Below, in pieces: positions 26,209 through 36,248 of a stretch of 55,765 bases of DNA. Source of the DNA: Deltaproteobacteria bacterium (GTDB lineage Bacteria; Desulfobacterota; Desulfobacteria; Desulfobacterales; UBA11574); NCBI GenBank assembly GCA_019313505.1, contig JAFDBA010000001.1:1-55765 (forward strand), given 5' to 3'. Every line of letters starts with the position of its first letter. The first letter of the stretch is position 1. The position numbers and the translations under genes are program-made. The notes beneath the pieces were generated by a model. It was not told the DNA's origin. It did no database searches and was given only the letters and a program-made list of their open reading frames with translations.

Positions 26209-27789
26209 TTATTCAATATGAACCGTATCCCCGGGTTTGGGAACAATTGCTGAAAAACCTTGATTGTTTAAAAATTTTGCAAAGGACAGTGATTGATCTT
26301 CTTCACCATGGACCACGGCAATCTTATTAACACGCAAATTAGATTCCTTTAGAAAACGAAACATTTCATTTCTATCCCCATGGGCGCTGAAACCGCCCAA
26401 TTTCACCACGTGGGCTTTCAAAGGATATTCTTTGTTGAGAAATTTCAGCAAGGGCGGCGGACCGTTACGACCGGATTTCTCATATTTTGTGCCCTGTTCA
26501 AAAATACGACGTCCCAGGGTATTTTGAGCCATATATCCGACAATCAGAATTGTATTCCGAGGGTTATGGATTTTATGCCGCAAATGATGCAGAACCCGCC
26601 CGGCTTCACACATTCCAGAGGCTGCGATGACGATATGGGGTTTCTGATCCCGGTTCAAAGCCATGGATTCTTCGACCGAACCCACAAAATGAATTTTGTC
26701 AAAGAAAAACGGATTTTGACCTTTTGCAAGGAAGGTTTCATGAGTTTCGCGATCATAAACCTCAGGATGCTCTCCGAAGACACGTGTAATATTGGTTGCC
26801 AGAGGGCTGTCCACAAATATTGGAACCGGCTGAACTTCCTTATCATTATACAGTTCGTGCAGTATATACAAAAGTTCCTGAGTACGACCGTATGCAAATG
26901 CAGGTATAATAACCGTTCCGCCCCGTTCAACGGTATCTGTAAGAACCTTTTTTAATCTGGGTTTTAGATCTTGCAACGGTTCATGAAAGCGGTTTCCGTA
27001 AGTGCTTTCCATAATCATCAAGTCGATATTCCGGTCGGTCTCTTTAAAATCAAGCGCCGGATCTTTTATAATCGGTTTGTCAAATCGACCGATATCACCC
27101 GTATAACAGATCGTGCGTTGACCACCGTTGTCAATGACCTTGATTATGGATATCGCAGATCCTAAAATATGACCTGCTTCGTAAAGGGTGCAGCTCGAGT
27201 CTTTTCCGATGACTGTGGGGCTGCGATAAGGATGACCTTCAAAGAAATTGAGGGCCTGTTTTGCATCCTCGGTGGAATAAATCGGACGGACGGCGTCTAT
27301 GTGATGTTTTTGGATAAGTTCGTTGATTTTTTCCATGTCAAGTTGATAACGGTCTTTTTTTAAAATTTTTTTAAGATCATTTAATTCTCTTTTTGAGTTT
27401 CTTTTTCCGCCATGTGACATTTTCTTCTGGAATAAAAGGGACCTCATAGTTTTATAATTGAGATAATTGGCATCTGATTCCTGTATGTGAGCCGAATCCA
27501 TCAAAAGGTATTCACATGCATCTTGAGTTGCGCGAGTACAGACAATCCGCCCAATAAAATTGTTTTTAGTCAGCAATGGAATGCGTCCGGAATGATCGAT
27601 GTGAGCATGTGAAAGCACGAGACTGGTGATGGTTTGTGGATCAAAGGGGAGTCGCCTGTTTTTTTCTTCGGTTTCTTTCCGTCGCCCCTGAAACAGTCCG
27701 CAGTCCAGCAGTATGCGATCATGTTCAGTGGCTATCAGGTGCATGGAACCGGTAACTTCCCGAGCAGCGCCGTAAAACGTTATATCCAT
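26209..27789 (-). CDS. Metallo-beta-lactamase / beta-CASP family RNA-metabolising hydrolase
   Basis: MBL motif LSHAHIDHSG, plus a beta-CASP region and a C-terminal His (FSAHGD). I prefer ATG 27789 (GAGGAGA SD, MDITFYGAAREVTGS) over the track start at 27861. Confidence 0.75.
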   Translation of the reverse strand: MDITFYGAAREVTGSMHLIATEHDRILLDCGLFQGRRKETEEKNRRLPFDPQTITSLVLSHAHIDHSGRIPLLTKNNFIGRIVCTRATQDACEYLLMDSAHIQESDANYLNYKTMRSLLFQKKMSHGGKRNSKRELNDLKKILKKDRYQLDMEKINELIQKHHIDAVRPIYSTEDAKQALNFFEGHPYRSPTVIGKDSSCTLYEAGHILGSAISIIKVIDNGGQRTICYTGDIGRFDKPIIKDPALDFKETDRNIDLMIMESTYGNRFHEPLQDLKPRLKKVLTDTVERGGTVIIPAFAYGRTQELLYILHELYNDKEVQPVPIFVDSPLATNITRVFGEHPEVYDRETHETFLAKGQNPFFFDKIHFVGSVEESMALNRDQKPHIVIAASGMCEAGRVLHHLRHKIHNPRNTILIVGYMAQNTLGRRIFEQGTKYEKSGRNGPPPLLKFLNKEYPLKAHVVKLGGFSAHGDRNEMFRFLKESNLRVNKIAVVHGEEDQSLSFAKFLNNQGFSAIVPKPGDTVHIE

Positions 27790-27837
27790 AGTAGTTATCT
27801 CCTCTAACTTGATAGTATAGGAATTTCCTTTTTTGGG

Positions 27838-27903
27838 ACACAGATGAACACAGATTAACAATTTTTTTATATTATAAATAATAATACTATCTGTGTATAT
27901 CTG
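27838..27903. promoter_or_regulatory. Operator-like array: ACACAGAT x2 (10-bp phasing) facing ATCTGTGT / ATCTG (10-bp phasing)
   Basis: ACACAGAT occurs at 27838-27845 and 27848-27855. The inverted copies are at 27889-27896 and 27899-27903. An AT-rich 33-nt spacer separates the two pairs. The array lies 49-114 nt upstream of the beta-CASP start. Confidence 0.35.
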
Positions 27904-27921
27904 CGAAAATCAGCGTCCTAT

Positions 27922-28533
27922 TTAACTTGTCATTTGATTTGTCCATTCAACATCAAAATCGTTTTTGACAATAGATGCAATGTGTTCGTCGAAATAAAAG
28001 TGTTCTATGAGCCACTCTTGGTTCCGGTAGTCTATTACCAGATGATTATCGTCAATTATCTGTATAATGCGACATTTTGAAAGATCTTTGATACCGGTTC
28101 CTGAAGCCTTTAATACCGACTCCTTTGACGTCCAGTAGCGATAAAAAAGGATGAATGGGTCTGTGTCTGAAAGTTCCCATTCATTGTCATGGGCTGTTTT
28201 TTTGAAAAGAGCTTTTGAACAAGGCCGGATCTTTTCGATATCAATACCGATCGGTGCTGGAGCAATCACGGCCGCAACATATTTGAGCTTGTGAGTAAGG
28301 GACCAGTAATACCCATTAAAAGGCAAAGGGACACCTTTTTCATCTTTTTTAAGTTCGTTTAATTTGATGTGGCTCTTTTTAGCGGATATTTCAAGGGCTT
28401 CTCTGGCATGTTTGCTTAGAAAGGAAACCTTTTCCCTTCCTTTAAGCTGTTGTTCTTTATCAGGGACAGGCAAAATTACCGGATAAATAATCGGGTTCCT
28501 GGTTCCTGGTTCCGGATTTGGTATTGTTTCCAT
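27922..28533 (-). CDS. Sfp-type 4'-phosphopantetheinyl transferase
   Basis: WSLTHK, GIDIEKI and WTSKESVLKASG motifs. Confidence 0.75.
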   Translation of the reverse strand: METIPNPEPGTRNPIIYPVILPVPDKEQQLKGREKVSFLSKHAREALEISAKKSHIKLNELKKDEKGVPLPFNGYYWSLTHKLKYVAAVIAPAPIGIDIEKIRPCSKALFKKTAHDNEWELSDTDPFILFYRYWTSKESVLKASGTGIKDLSKCRIIQIIDDNHLVIDYRNQEWLIEHFYFDEHIASIVKNDFDVEWTNQMTS

Positions 28534-28534
28534 A

Positions 28535-29440
28535 TTAATTCGAATTGTGATTTTGGCCCTGCATCTTGCGCCTCAATTTCAATGCCTCATCATATACCTT
28601 GTTTTTCGGAAGACCGTATTTTTGGGCGATAATTTTGGAAAGTTCTGAAAGTTTGCTTTGTTTTTTCTCCAACGCTTTACTTATCTCGGTTCTAACGATA
28701 TTAATAGAAACTTCTTTGTTTTCTTCACATCCCGTTAAAAGAAGCGTGCATTCGCCTTTTATTACCGCTCGTGCATTCAAGCTGGAAAGAATTTCAGATA
28801 AAAAGCCCCTAATAAATTCCTCATGCAACTTGGTCATCTCCCTTGACAGCACACCGTACCTGTCCCCCATAACAATTATAATCTCCTTTAAAAATGTTAA
28901 AATGCGCCTTGGAGATTCATAAAATACCATGGTTCTGCTTTCACCGGCAAGGACTTGAAGTTGCTTGAGCCGTTTTGCTTTCTTTTTAGCGGGGAATCCT
29001 ATGAAAACAAAGGAATCGGTTGGCAGTCCTGAAACACTGAGAGCGGCAATGACAGCAGACACACCGGGAATGGGAATAACTCTAATACTGTTAGCAATGG
29101 CCTCTTTTACGAGCCTATAGCCCGGGTCGGACACTGATGGTGTGCCTGCATTTGATACCAGGGCCACCGATGATCCGGCTTTGAGCCTGTTAATAAGATC
29201 AGGCGTACGCTCACTTTCATTATGTTCATGGCAAGAGATCATACGACATTTGATATTGTAATGTGCCAGCAGTCTGCCTGTATGTCTTGTATCTTCTGCT
29301 GCCACAAGATCGACGTGCCCGAGGATATTGAGAGCTCTTGCGGTTATATCGTCCCTGTTCCCTATGGGAGTAGCAACCACGTAAAGATTGCCCATTTTAT
29401 CCGTATATTTCGTATCATCTATATGCGAGTTCGAAGGCAT
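28535..29440 (-). CDS. rsmI: 16S rRNA (cytidine1402-2'-O)-methyltransferase
   Basis: LYVVATPIGN, AEDTR, SDAGTP-like (SNAGTPSVSDPG) and YESPRR motifs. The start could instead be the ATG at 29395. Confidence 0.85.
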   Translation of the reverse strand: MPSNSHIDDTKYTDKMGNLYVVATPIGNRDDITARALNILGHVDLVAAEDTRHTGRLLAHYNIKCRMISCHEHNESERTPDLINRLKAGSSVALVSNAGTPSVSDPGYRLVKEAIANSIRVIPIPGVSAVIAALSVSGLPTDSFVFIGFPAKKKAKRLKQLQVLAGESRTMVFYESPRRILTFLKEIIIVMGDRYGVLSREMTKLHEEFIRGFLSEILSSLNARAVIKGECTLLLTGCEENKEVSINIVRTEISKALEKKQSKLSELSKIIAQKYGLPKNKVYDEALKLRRKMQGQNHNSN

Positions 29441-29786
29441 TTTTAACGATCTCTATATCTGGGTTCTTTTCTGCGGAAACTATGCTTACCACGTCAAACC
29501 TTGCTTTTACATTATGTTGTTTTGAGGCTTTTAGATAGTAGAGTGCCACCATGGAAATTTTACGCTGCTTTTTAGGTGTTATGGCCCATTTAGGATTCCC
29601 GAAAAGACCGGATTTTCTTGCTTTGACCTCGACAAAGACAAGTGTATTTTTATCTTTTGCAATAATGTCGATTTCGCCCAGCTTGTTACGATAATTCTGC
29701 TCCAGAATCTTGTATCCGTTCTTTTTAAGGTATCTGACGGCCACGGACTCACTTTCTTTACCAAATTGCTGCCGCTTGTTTACCAT
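29415..29786 (-). CDS. yraN: YraN-family (UPF0102) endonuclease-like protein
   Basis: 123 aa. GEIDIIA and LVFVEVKAR motifs. Confidence 0.8.
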   Translation of the reverse strand: MVNKRQQFGKESESVAVRYLKKNGYKILEQNYRNKLGEIDIIAKDKNTLVFVEVKARKSGLFGNPKWAITPKKQRKISMVALYYLKASKQHNVKARFDVVSIVSAEKNPDIEIVKNAFELAYR

Positions 29787-29866
29787 TAATTTTAAAACCT
29801 TTGATCTTTTATAGACGATTTATTTCATGAGATGGCATTTTCTAACACTTACATGGACAAAGGCTT

Positions 29867-30355
29867 TTAATCACTTTTGTTTGATGGATCGCCTTCAGCA
29901 ATCATAACATTCATTACGTCTTTTTCTTTAGAACCTGGTATGATGCCTTTTAGAAATGCCACGACAACAATGGTTCCATCTTGATTCTTGTATTCTGCCT
30001 TTGCAGAAGCCCAACCACTATCTTCAATATCTGTAATAGTAAAATCACATATGACTTTGTCCCCAAAATAAACTGGCTTCTTAAAGCTCAAATTCATTTC
30101 CGAGGCCAACCACCCAATTTGTCCTCCAATTTCGGAGATCATACTTGCCACCAAAAGCCCATGGCAGATAAGACCTTTGAATTCCTTCACCTCTGTAAAT
30201 CGTTCGTCAAAATGAACTGGGTTGTAATCTCTGGTAATATCAGCAAACAAAATCACATCCCTTTCTGTGAATTTACGCGAAACAGAAAACGTATCACCTA
30301 CATTTAATCCCTCAATAGCTTTCTTTCTGATATGTGTCATCCAATTAAACCTCAT
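29867..30355 (-). CDS. MaoC-like hot-dog fold dehydratase
   Basis: DYNPVHFDERF and ICHGLL motifs. 162 aa. Confidence 0.7.
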   Translation of the reverse strand: MRFNWMTHIRKKAIEGLNVGDTFSVSRKFTERDVILFADITRDYNPVHFDERFTEVKEFKGLICHGLLVASMISEIGGQIGWLASEMNLSFKKPVYFGDKVICDFTITDIEDSGWASAKAEYKNQDGTIVVVAFLKGIIPGSKEKDVMNVMIAEGDPSNKSD

Positions 30356-30592
30356 TGCGAATATGAAATTACATAGCGGGCGCTCATCTCACGCTCGTTC
30401 GCACCGCAGGTCGACTTTCCTATTAGAATAATCCCTATCAGCCGTCAACCAATATCCAAATTAGCATCCCCAATATTTCTACTTGTTATATTTTATTATC
30501 AGTCGGCGGGTCAATATGATTATTTAATACACCAGAACTTATTGAGAACTTACCATAGCGATACTCAATGGGCTGGAAATACTCAATAAATA

Positions 30593-33121
30593 TTATATTC
30601 CCGTGATAGTGGGCTTGATTGTAAGTGTTTGACCGTCCGTGGACATGGATACGGCGCCATTGCGGGCGGTGCCGAGTATGCGACATCCCTTTTCCTTATA
30701 CCTTTGTAAAACCGATGGGTGTGGGAATCCAAATCTGCTTTTCCAGCCGGATGAAATAATGATTACTTTAGGGTTGACTTTTTCTATGAACATTTCACTG
30801 CTCGATGTTTTGCTGCCATGGTGTGGCGCTAAAAGGACCGTGCTTTTTAGCTTGTCACCGGCAATTGCAGCCAGTTCATATTCCGCTCGGATCTCGATAT
30901 CCCCTAGAAACAGGAAGGACTCTGATCCGAAGGATGCTTTTAAGACCAGGGAATTGTTATTTACATTGCGCCACCTTTCCACCTTTCTTTTCTTAATGAA
31001 ATCGACGGACGGATAGTATATGTCAAGATGGACTCCGTTAATGTCGTGGATGCCGGCTACCTCTTTGTATTCAGGCATATAAATTCTATTTTTTTTAATA
31101 GCTTCCATGAATTTTTTATATCCTAAAGTGTTTGCTGCTTCATTATTCGTCCATACATTTTTCACATTAAAATGTTCGGCAATATATATGAGCCCGTTTA
31201 AGTGATCACTGTTTGCGTGGGAAAGCACAAGGGTGTCAACGGTTTTGATCTTTTTTTGCCATAAAAATGGAGCAATGATCCTGGCCCCTATATCAAAAAC
31301 GCTGTTATCGGAAAAACCCCCGCCATCTATTAAAATGTTATAACCTTTCGGAAGTTCCAGAAGGGCCGCATTCCCATGCCCCACATCTATCATCGTTACC
31401 CTGAAATCGTCATGCCAGAACCGGTTGTTCAACCAAAAACAGGCATCGGCGCTCAAAGCCGAAATAGCCAGCAGGACAACGATTGCTGCCGGTTTTTGTA
31501 TAAAACTTTTGCCCGGCACGTTGTCTTTTTCGCCCGGGACGTTATCTTGTCCTGTCGATGTTTTTGAAGAAACATATCTTAGGTTTAAAACAGCACAAAA
31601 CAGGATATAAAAACAGCCAATCTCAAAATAACTTGGGGTTACAGTTTTTACAGCTGCAAAAGGCAAATCGGCAAAAAAATTAATAACACAGATGGACTGT
31701 GTTAGAACAAAAGCACCTGCTTTGAGGCACCCTAAAGCCACTGAAACGGTCAACGGATATAAAAACACGGCCAGCAATCCCAGAGGAACCACCACAAAAC
31801 CGATCAGGGGAACAATAATAAAGTTTGCGAGAAGTCCTATTAGAGAAATCTGGTTAAAGTAAAACATGGCAAGGGGCATGGTGCCGAGGATAGCAAAGAA
31901 AGAAGCCATAAAAAAATAAAATAGTTTTGTTGCGACTTTAAAACTTTTCGGCTTCTTTATCCCGCCTGATTCAGATACCCATGGGAATTGTACTCTTAAA
32001 AGGCCGTATATTATTGCAAGAACAGCTGTAAATGAAAGCTGAAATGAAATTGAAAATAGCGACGGCGGATGAACAACAAGGATGAGCAGTGCCGCAACTA
32101 CAAGTGTATTCATAGGGTCATGTTCTCTTTCAAACAAAAATGCCATTAAAAACACTGTAACCATGATGACCGCTCTCTGGGTAGAAGGCGACATCCCTGA
32201 AAGCAGACCGTATATAAATACAGGAATAACAGATAAAATTACGGCCCCCTTTTTAGTCCATGCATGCCACAACAAAAATTTGATATGAGAAAGGATATAC
32301 TTGAAAAATAAAAATGCAGCGGTCGCTACAATGCCGATATGAAGTCCTGAGATGGCCAGAAGGTGACCGATTCCTGCCCGGTTAAATGCTTCTTTTAATT
32401 CTTTAGAAATTGAGTTTCTGTTCCCGACGATAAGTGCTTTTAATACACCTTGCTCCTTTCCCTGCCCTGTTTGGTCGATGAGATCAGAAATTTTCCTGCG
32501 TGCATTCGCTATAATCATGCCGATCCCTGTTTCTGCATTTCTTTTGAGCAGGGTAAGCTTTTGCGCCGAAACATAGGCAGTTCCATAAACTTTCCTAAAA
32601 GCCATATATCTCTTATAATCAAATCCTCCGGGGTTATTGAAATTTCTGATCGATTTCATCCTGCTGGAAAAAACAATCCGGTCTCCCATAGAGAGTTTAA
32701 GACCACGCCCCGAGATGGTTACACGAATCTTTCCGGTCACAGGAAAAGACTTCTTATTCCACTCAAGAGTCTCGGTGCGCAGAATGAATTTTTGTCGATG
32801 GGAATATGTTGCAACCGGTGTGTCAATAACACCGGCAATTTTCCATGGATGAGTATCAAAATAATGTATTACATGGTTTGGGGGGAAATCTGGCATCACC
32901 CATGATTGTATGGAAAGATATCCAAGGACAACAAAAAGAACCATGGGCAATATAATAACGGCTCTGTTCTTGCGTATGGCAAGGAAGATCAAGCAGATGG
33001 ATATAGAAACAACAACATAAGCCAAGACATCATGACCTGGAAACCAAGAGCCTGCGGCGATACCCGATATCATCGATAACAGCAGGGGAACAACGGGTCG
33101 GAAGTAAATATTATCTGTCAT
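30593..33121 (-). CDS. comEC: ComEC/Rec2 DNA internalisation channel with C-terminal MBL domain
   Basis: 842 aa with a polytopic membrane core (AGIGHLLAISGLHIG). The C-terminal MBL domain carries VLSHANSDH and APHHGS. Confidence 0.85.
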   Translation of the reverse strand: MTDNIYFRPVVPLLLSMISGIAAGSWFPGHDVLAYVVVSISICLIFLAIRKNRAVIILPMVLFVVLGYLSIQSWVMPDFPPNHVIHYFDTHPWKIAGVIDTPVATYSHRQKFILRTETLEWNKKSFPVTGKIRVTISGRGLKLSMGDRIVFSSRMKSIRNFNNPGGFDYKRYMAFRKVYGTAYVSAQKLTLLKRNAETGIGMIIANARRKISDLIDQTGQGKEQGVLKALIVGNRNSISKELKEAFNRAGIGHLLAISGLHIGIVATAAFLFFKYILSHIKFLLWHAWTKKGAVILSVIPVFIYGLLSGMSPSTQRAVIMVTVFLMAFLFEREHDPMNTLVVAALLILVVHPPSLFSISFQLSFTAVLAIIYGLLRVQFPWVSESGGIKKPKSFKVATKLFYFFMASFFAILGTMPLAMFYFNQISLIGLLANFIIVPLIGFVVVPLGLLAVFLYPLTVSVALGCLKAGAFVLTQSICVINFFADLPFAAVKTVTPSYFEIGCFYILFCAVLNLRYVSSKTSTGQDNVPGEKDNVPGKSFIQKPAAIVVLLAISALSADACFWLNNRFWHDDFRVTMIDVGHGNAALLELPKGYNILIDGGGFSDNSVFDIGARIIAPFLWQKKIKTVDTLVLSHANSDHLNGLIYIAEHFNVKNVWTNNEAANTLGYKKFMEAIKKNRIYMPEYKEVAGIHDINGVHLDIYYPSVDFIKKRKVERWRNVNNNSLVLKASFGSESFLFLGDIEIRAEYELAAIAGDKLKSTVLLAPHHGSKTSSSEMFIEKVNPKVIIISSGWKSRFGFPHPSVLQRYKEKGCRILGTARNGAVSMSTDGQTLTIKPTITGI

Positions 33122-33144
33122 GTAACATTTTGGCTCAGGCGATT

Positions 33145-34713
33145 TCAGCGGTTTTCATCATCGTATATGATCAGGTTTTGGGCGGTCATTTCCACCGGTA
33201 TATCCAGCCCCAGCAAAGCCAGAACCGTGGGTGCTATATCCGAAAGCTTGCCACGATCGAGAAGCTGCTTGCCCGGTGAATCGCCGGCCACGTATATCAA
33301 CTCCACAGGATTGAGGGTATGGCTGGTTTTAACCATGCCGGTCTGATAATCAACCATCTGTTCCGAGTTACCGTGGTCAGCGGTAATGAGGGTATGCGCA
33401 TCAAGTTCGAGGAGATAATCGACAACCTTACCCACGCATTCGTCCACGATTTCGGTTGCTTTGATCGCCGAATTCATGTCCCCGGTATGGCCGACCATGT
33501 CACCATTAGCGTAGTTTACCACAATGAACCCGTAAGGATTGTTCCGGAGGCGACTCAAGAGTTCTTCCGTCACATTGTATGCCTCCATCTCCGGGTGGCT
33601 GGCAAAAGTGGCCGGATCAAAGCGGCTCGGGACTTCAACCTGGTCCTCGTTCCTGTATGGTGTTGTTGCTTTGCCGTTAAAAAAACTAGTTACATGCCGG
33701 AACTTCTGCGTCTCGGCGATGCGCAGTTGACGCATGCCGGTATTGGAGATGACTTCGCCGAGCAGGTTTTCCATACCACCGCTTTTGCCCATGGCCCCCA
33801 GCATATATTCTGTAAACTCGTCCCAATAACGGGTTAGCCCAACGTAAGTCACCGTTCGCCTTGTCTTGAGTTTGCCCGGATAATTTGGATCGATAAATGC
33901 CATAGAAAGCTGGATGGCACGATCCTGGCGGTAATTCGTGTGCAAAATGGAATCACCGTCCCTGACACCGTCATAGTCTTCGATCACATAGGGAGGGACA
34001 TATTCGTCGACCATCTCAAAACCGTCCGGAGTTTTGTCCCGGTTATACGACTCTCTGACCGCAGTTTCCGCGTCGGTGGATTTGCGACCTTCACAGGCAA
34101 CGATACAATGATAGGCCATGTCGGTAAGGTCCCAGTTCTTGGAACGGTCCATGCTATAGTACCGGCCCATTACCGTGCCGATGGTGCAGCCATCAACTTC
34201 CTCCATCACGGTTTTAATCTTTGCCAGGTATTCCATGCAGCTGCGGGGGGGGGTGTCGCGTCCGTCTAAAAAAGGGTGGATGATGATTGGGCCCCTGGGA
34301 TATTCTTGCCGGGCTCGGCGCATAATCTTGAAAAGATGTTCCTGATGGGCGTGCACTCCTTCGTCCTGCAAAAGGCCAAAGAGGTGAAGACGGCTTTTGT
34401 GCTCCTTCCAATTGGCAATGAGCTTCTTCCAGTTTTCTACTTCAAAGAGTTTACCGGTGCGCAAGCCGTCATCAATGCGCTTGAGTTCCTGGATCACGAT
34501 CCGTCCGGCTCCCATGTTGAGGTGGCCCACTTCGGATGACCCTTGATAGCCGTCCGGAAGTCCAACAGGCTCACCCGCACATTCCAGAAGTGTCCACGGA
34601 TAGTTGTCTTTGTATCTGTCTATATTCGGGGTTTTTGCCGCAATAACGGCATTGCCTTCTTTTTTTTCGCTATACCCCCACCCATCACGAATTATCAGGC
34701 ATACGGGTCGCAT
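33145..34713 (-). CDS. gpmI: 2,3-bisphosphoglycerate-independent phosphoglycerate mutase
   Basis: 522 aa. IIRDGWG, SEVGHLNMGAGR, DGRDT, NYANGDMVGHTG, ADHGN motifs. Confidence 0.85.
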   Translation of the reverse strand: MRPVCLIIRDGWGYSEKKEGNAVIAAKTPNIDRYKDNYPWTLLECAGEPVGLPDGYQGSSEVGHLNMGAGRIVIQELKRIDDGLRTGKLFEVENWKKLIANWKEHKSRLHLFGLLQDEGVHAHQEHLFKIMRRARQEYPRGPIIIHPFLDGRDTPPRSCMEYLAKIKTVMEEVDGCTIGTVMGRYYSMDRSKNWDLTDMAYHCIVACEGRKSTDAETAVRESYNRDKTPDGFEMVDEYVPPYVIEDYDGVRDGDSILHTNYRQDRAIQLSMAFIDPNYPGKLKTRRTVTYVGLTRYWDEFTEYMLGAMGKSGGMENLLGEVISNTGMRQLRIAETQKFRHVTSFFNGKATTPYRNEDQVEVPSRFDPATFASHPEMEAYNVTEELLSRLRNNPYGFIVVNYANGDMVGHTGDMNSAIKATEIVDECVGKVVDYLLELDAHTLITADHGNSEQMVDYQTGMVKTSHTLNPVELIYVAGDSPGKQLLDRGKLSDIAPTVLALLGLDIPVEMTAQNLIIYDDENR

Positions 34714-34727
34714 GGCTGTTCCTTTCT

Positions 34728-35981
34728 TCAGATTTTTACCCGTTTAATGGCGGCTCCAAGTTTCGCAAATTTTTTCTCGATGGTTTCATATCCTCGATCC
34801 AGGTGGTACACTCGATTAATTTCGGTTGTACCCACAGCAGACAGACCGGCCAGAATCAGTGAAGCGCTGGCCCTTAGATCCGTAGCCATTACTGGAGCAC
34901 CGGAAAGTGCCGGTTTTCCTGTGATCATTGCTGTATTCCCTGTTATTTTAATATCTGCCCCCATCCGTTTGAGCTCGCTGACATGGATAAAACGGTTCTC
35001 AAATATGGTTTCAGAAATAATACTAAACCCCCTTGCAACCGACATCAGCACCATAAACTGGGCCTGCATATCAGTGGGAAATCCCGGATAAGGCTGGGTT
35101 TTTATATCAACACTTGCAATTTCGTCTGCCCCAACAATTCTTATGAGCTTGTCTTCTACAGTTATACGGGCACCGGTAAGCCTCAGCTTGTGGATAACCG
35201 CTTTAAGATGGTCGGGTTCACAGTTTAAAAGGGTCACATCACCTCCAGTCAGGGCTGCCGAAACCATAAAAGTGCCTGCTTCTATCCGGTCGGGCATTAT
35301 GGAAACGGATACCGGCTTCAGGGAAGAAACCCCTTCTATGGTAATGACCGACGTGCCGACTCCCTTTATCTTTGCGCCCATTTTTATCAAAACGTCGGCA
35401 AGCGCAACGACTTCAGGCTCCCGGGCCGCATTCCTCAGCACTGTAGCCCCTCTGGCAAGAACTGCCGCCATCATAAGATTTTCCGTACCGGTTACGGTGG
35501 GTATGTCCAGATAAATTTCGTTCCCTGTCAGATGGTCGGCGTAAGCTTCCACGTAACCGTGTTTTAATTCAATCGAAGCGCCAAGACGGGCAAGTCCTTT
35601 TAAATGCAGATTGATGGGGCGTGCGCCGATGGCACATCCTCCCGGCAGAGATACCCTGGCCTTTTTAAGCCTTGCCACAAGCGGACCCAGGACCAGAATA
35701 GAAGCCCGCATTTTCCTGACCAGATCATAGGACGCCTCATGGTTACACATGCCACCGCCGTTTATTTTAATGATATCTCCATCTGATTTTATACTTGCCC
35801 CAAGACTCGAAAGCAAAAGTTTTGTGCTTTGTATATCTTTCAGATCCGGAACGTTGGAATACGTATTCCATCCATCCGCAAGAAGGGAAGAAATAAGAAT
35901 CGGAAGGGCGGCATTTTTTGCACCGCTTATCCTGACCTCTCCTTTTAAAACACGTCCCCCTTGAATTACGATTTGATCCAT
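34728..35981 (-). CDS. murA: UDP-N-acetylglucosamine 1-carboxyvinyltransferase
   Basis: [18 protein letters not shown] (catalytic Cys) and TDMQAQ motifs. ATG 35981 (MDQIVIQGG) fits the family N terminus. The track start at 36032 adds 17 aa. Confidence 0.9.
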   Translation of the reverse strand: MDQIVIQGGRVLKGEVRISGAKNAALPILISSLLADGWNTYSNVPDLKDIQSTKLLLSSLGASIKSDGDIIKINGGGMCNHEASYDLVRKMRASILVLGPLVARLKKARVSLPGGCAIGARPINLHLKGLARLGASIELKHGYVEAYADHLTGNEIYLDIPTVTGTENLMMAAVLARGATVLRNAAREPEVVALADVLIKMGAKIKGVGTSVITIEGVSSLKPVSVSIMPDRIEAGTFMVSAALTGGDVTLLNCEPDHLKAVIHKLRLTGARITVEDKLIRIVGADEIASVDIKTQPYPGFPTDMQAQFMVLMSVARGFSIISETIFENRFIHVSELKRMGADIKITGNTAMITGKPALSGAPVMATDLRASASLILAGLSAVGTTEINRVYHLDRGYETIEKKFAKLGAAIKRVKI

Positions 35982-36062
35982 ATAAACCCCACGCAAACAA
36001 AAAAGCGCTTCCCCGGTTTCATGATGAGGCAAACGCTTTTAACCTTGAAAATTTTCGGCATT

Positions 36063-36221
36063 TTAATGGTGATGTTCGTCATTCCCTCTGGATGCATCAA
36101 TGGCAGATTTGATAATACAGTAGGTCATACCAATGCCCAGTATGGTGAGAGCGTACCAGAGACCACCCATGAAAACCACATGACCCATATCCCATATCCA
36201 TTCAAAACTAAATGGAAACAT
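36063..36221 (-). CDS. Unannotated small membrane protein, 52 aa: MFPFSFEWIWDMGHVVFMGGLWYALTILGIGMTYCIIKSAIDASRGNDEHHH
   Basis: ATG at 36221 is preceded by AGGAGG (7-nt spacer) and lies 27 nt after the NrfD-type gene stop. It has one clear hydrophobic helix. Stop is TAA at 36065-36063. It is below the ORF-track size cut-off. Confidence 0.55.
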   Translation of the reverse strand: MFPFSFEWIWDMGHVVFMGGLWYALTILGIGMTYCIIKSAIDASRGNDEHHH

Positions 36222-36248
36222 AAATAGTCCTCCTAACCTCTTTAAGCC

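Noticed and set aside
35961-36227. 88-aa plus-strand ORF in the supplied track.
   Set aside because: It starts with TTG and has no SD. It overlaps the murA start region. Its sequence is the mirror of a better minus-strand 52-aa ORF that has an AGGAGG SD and a clean transmembrane helix.
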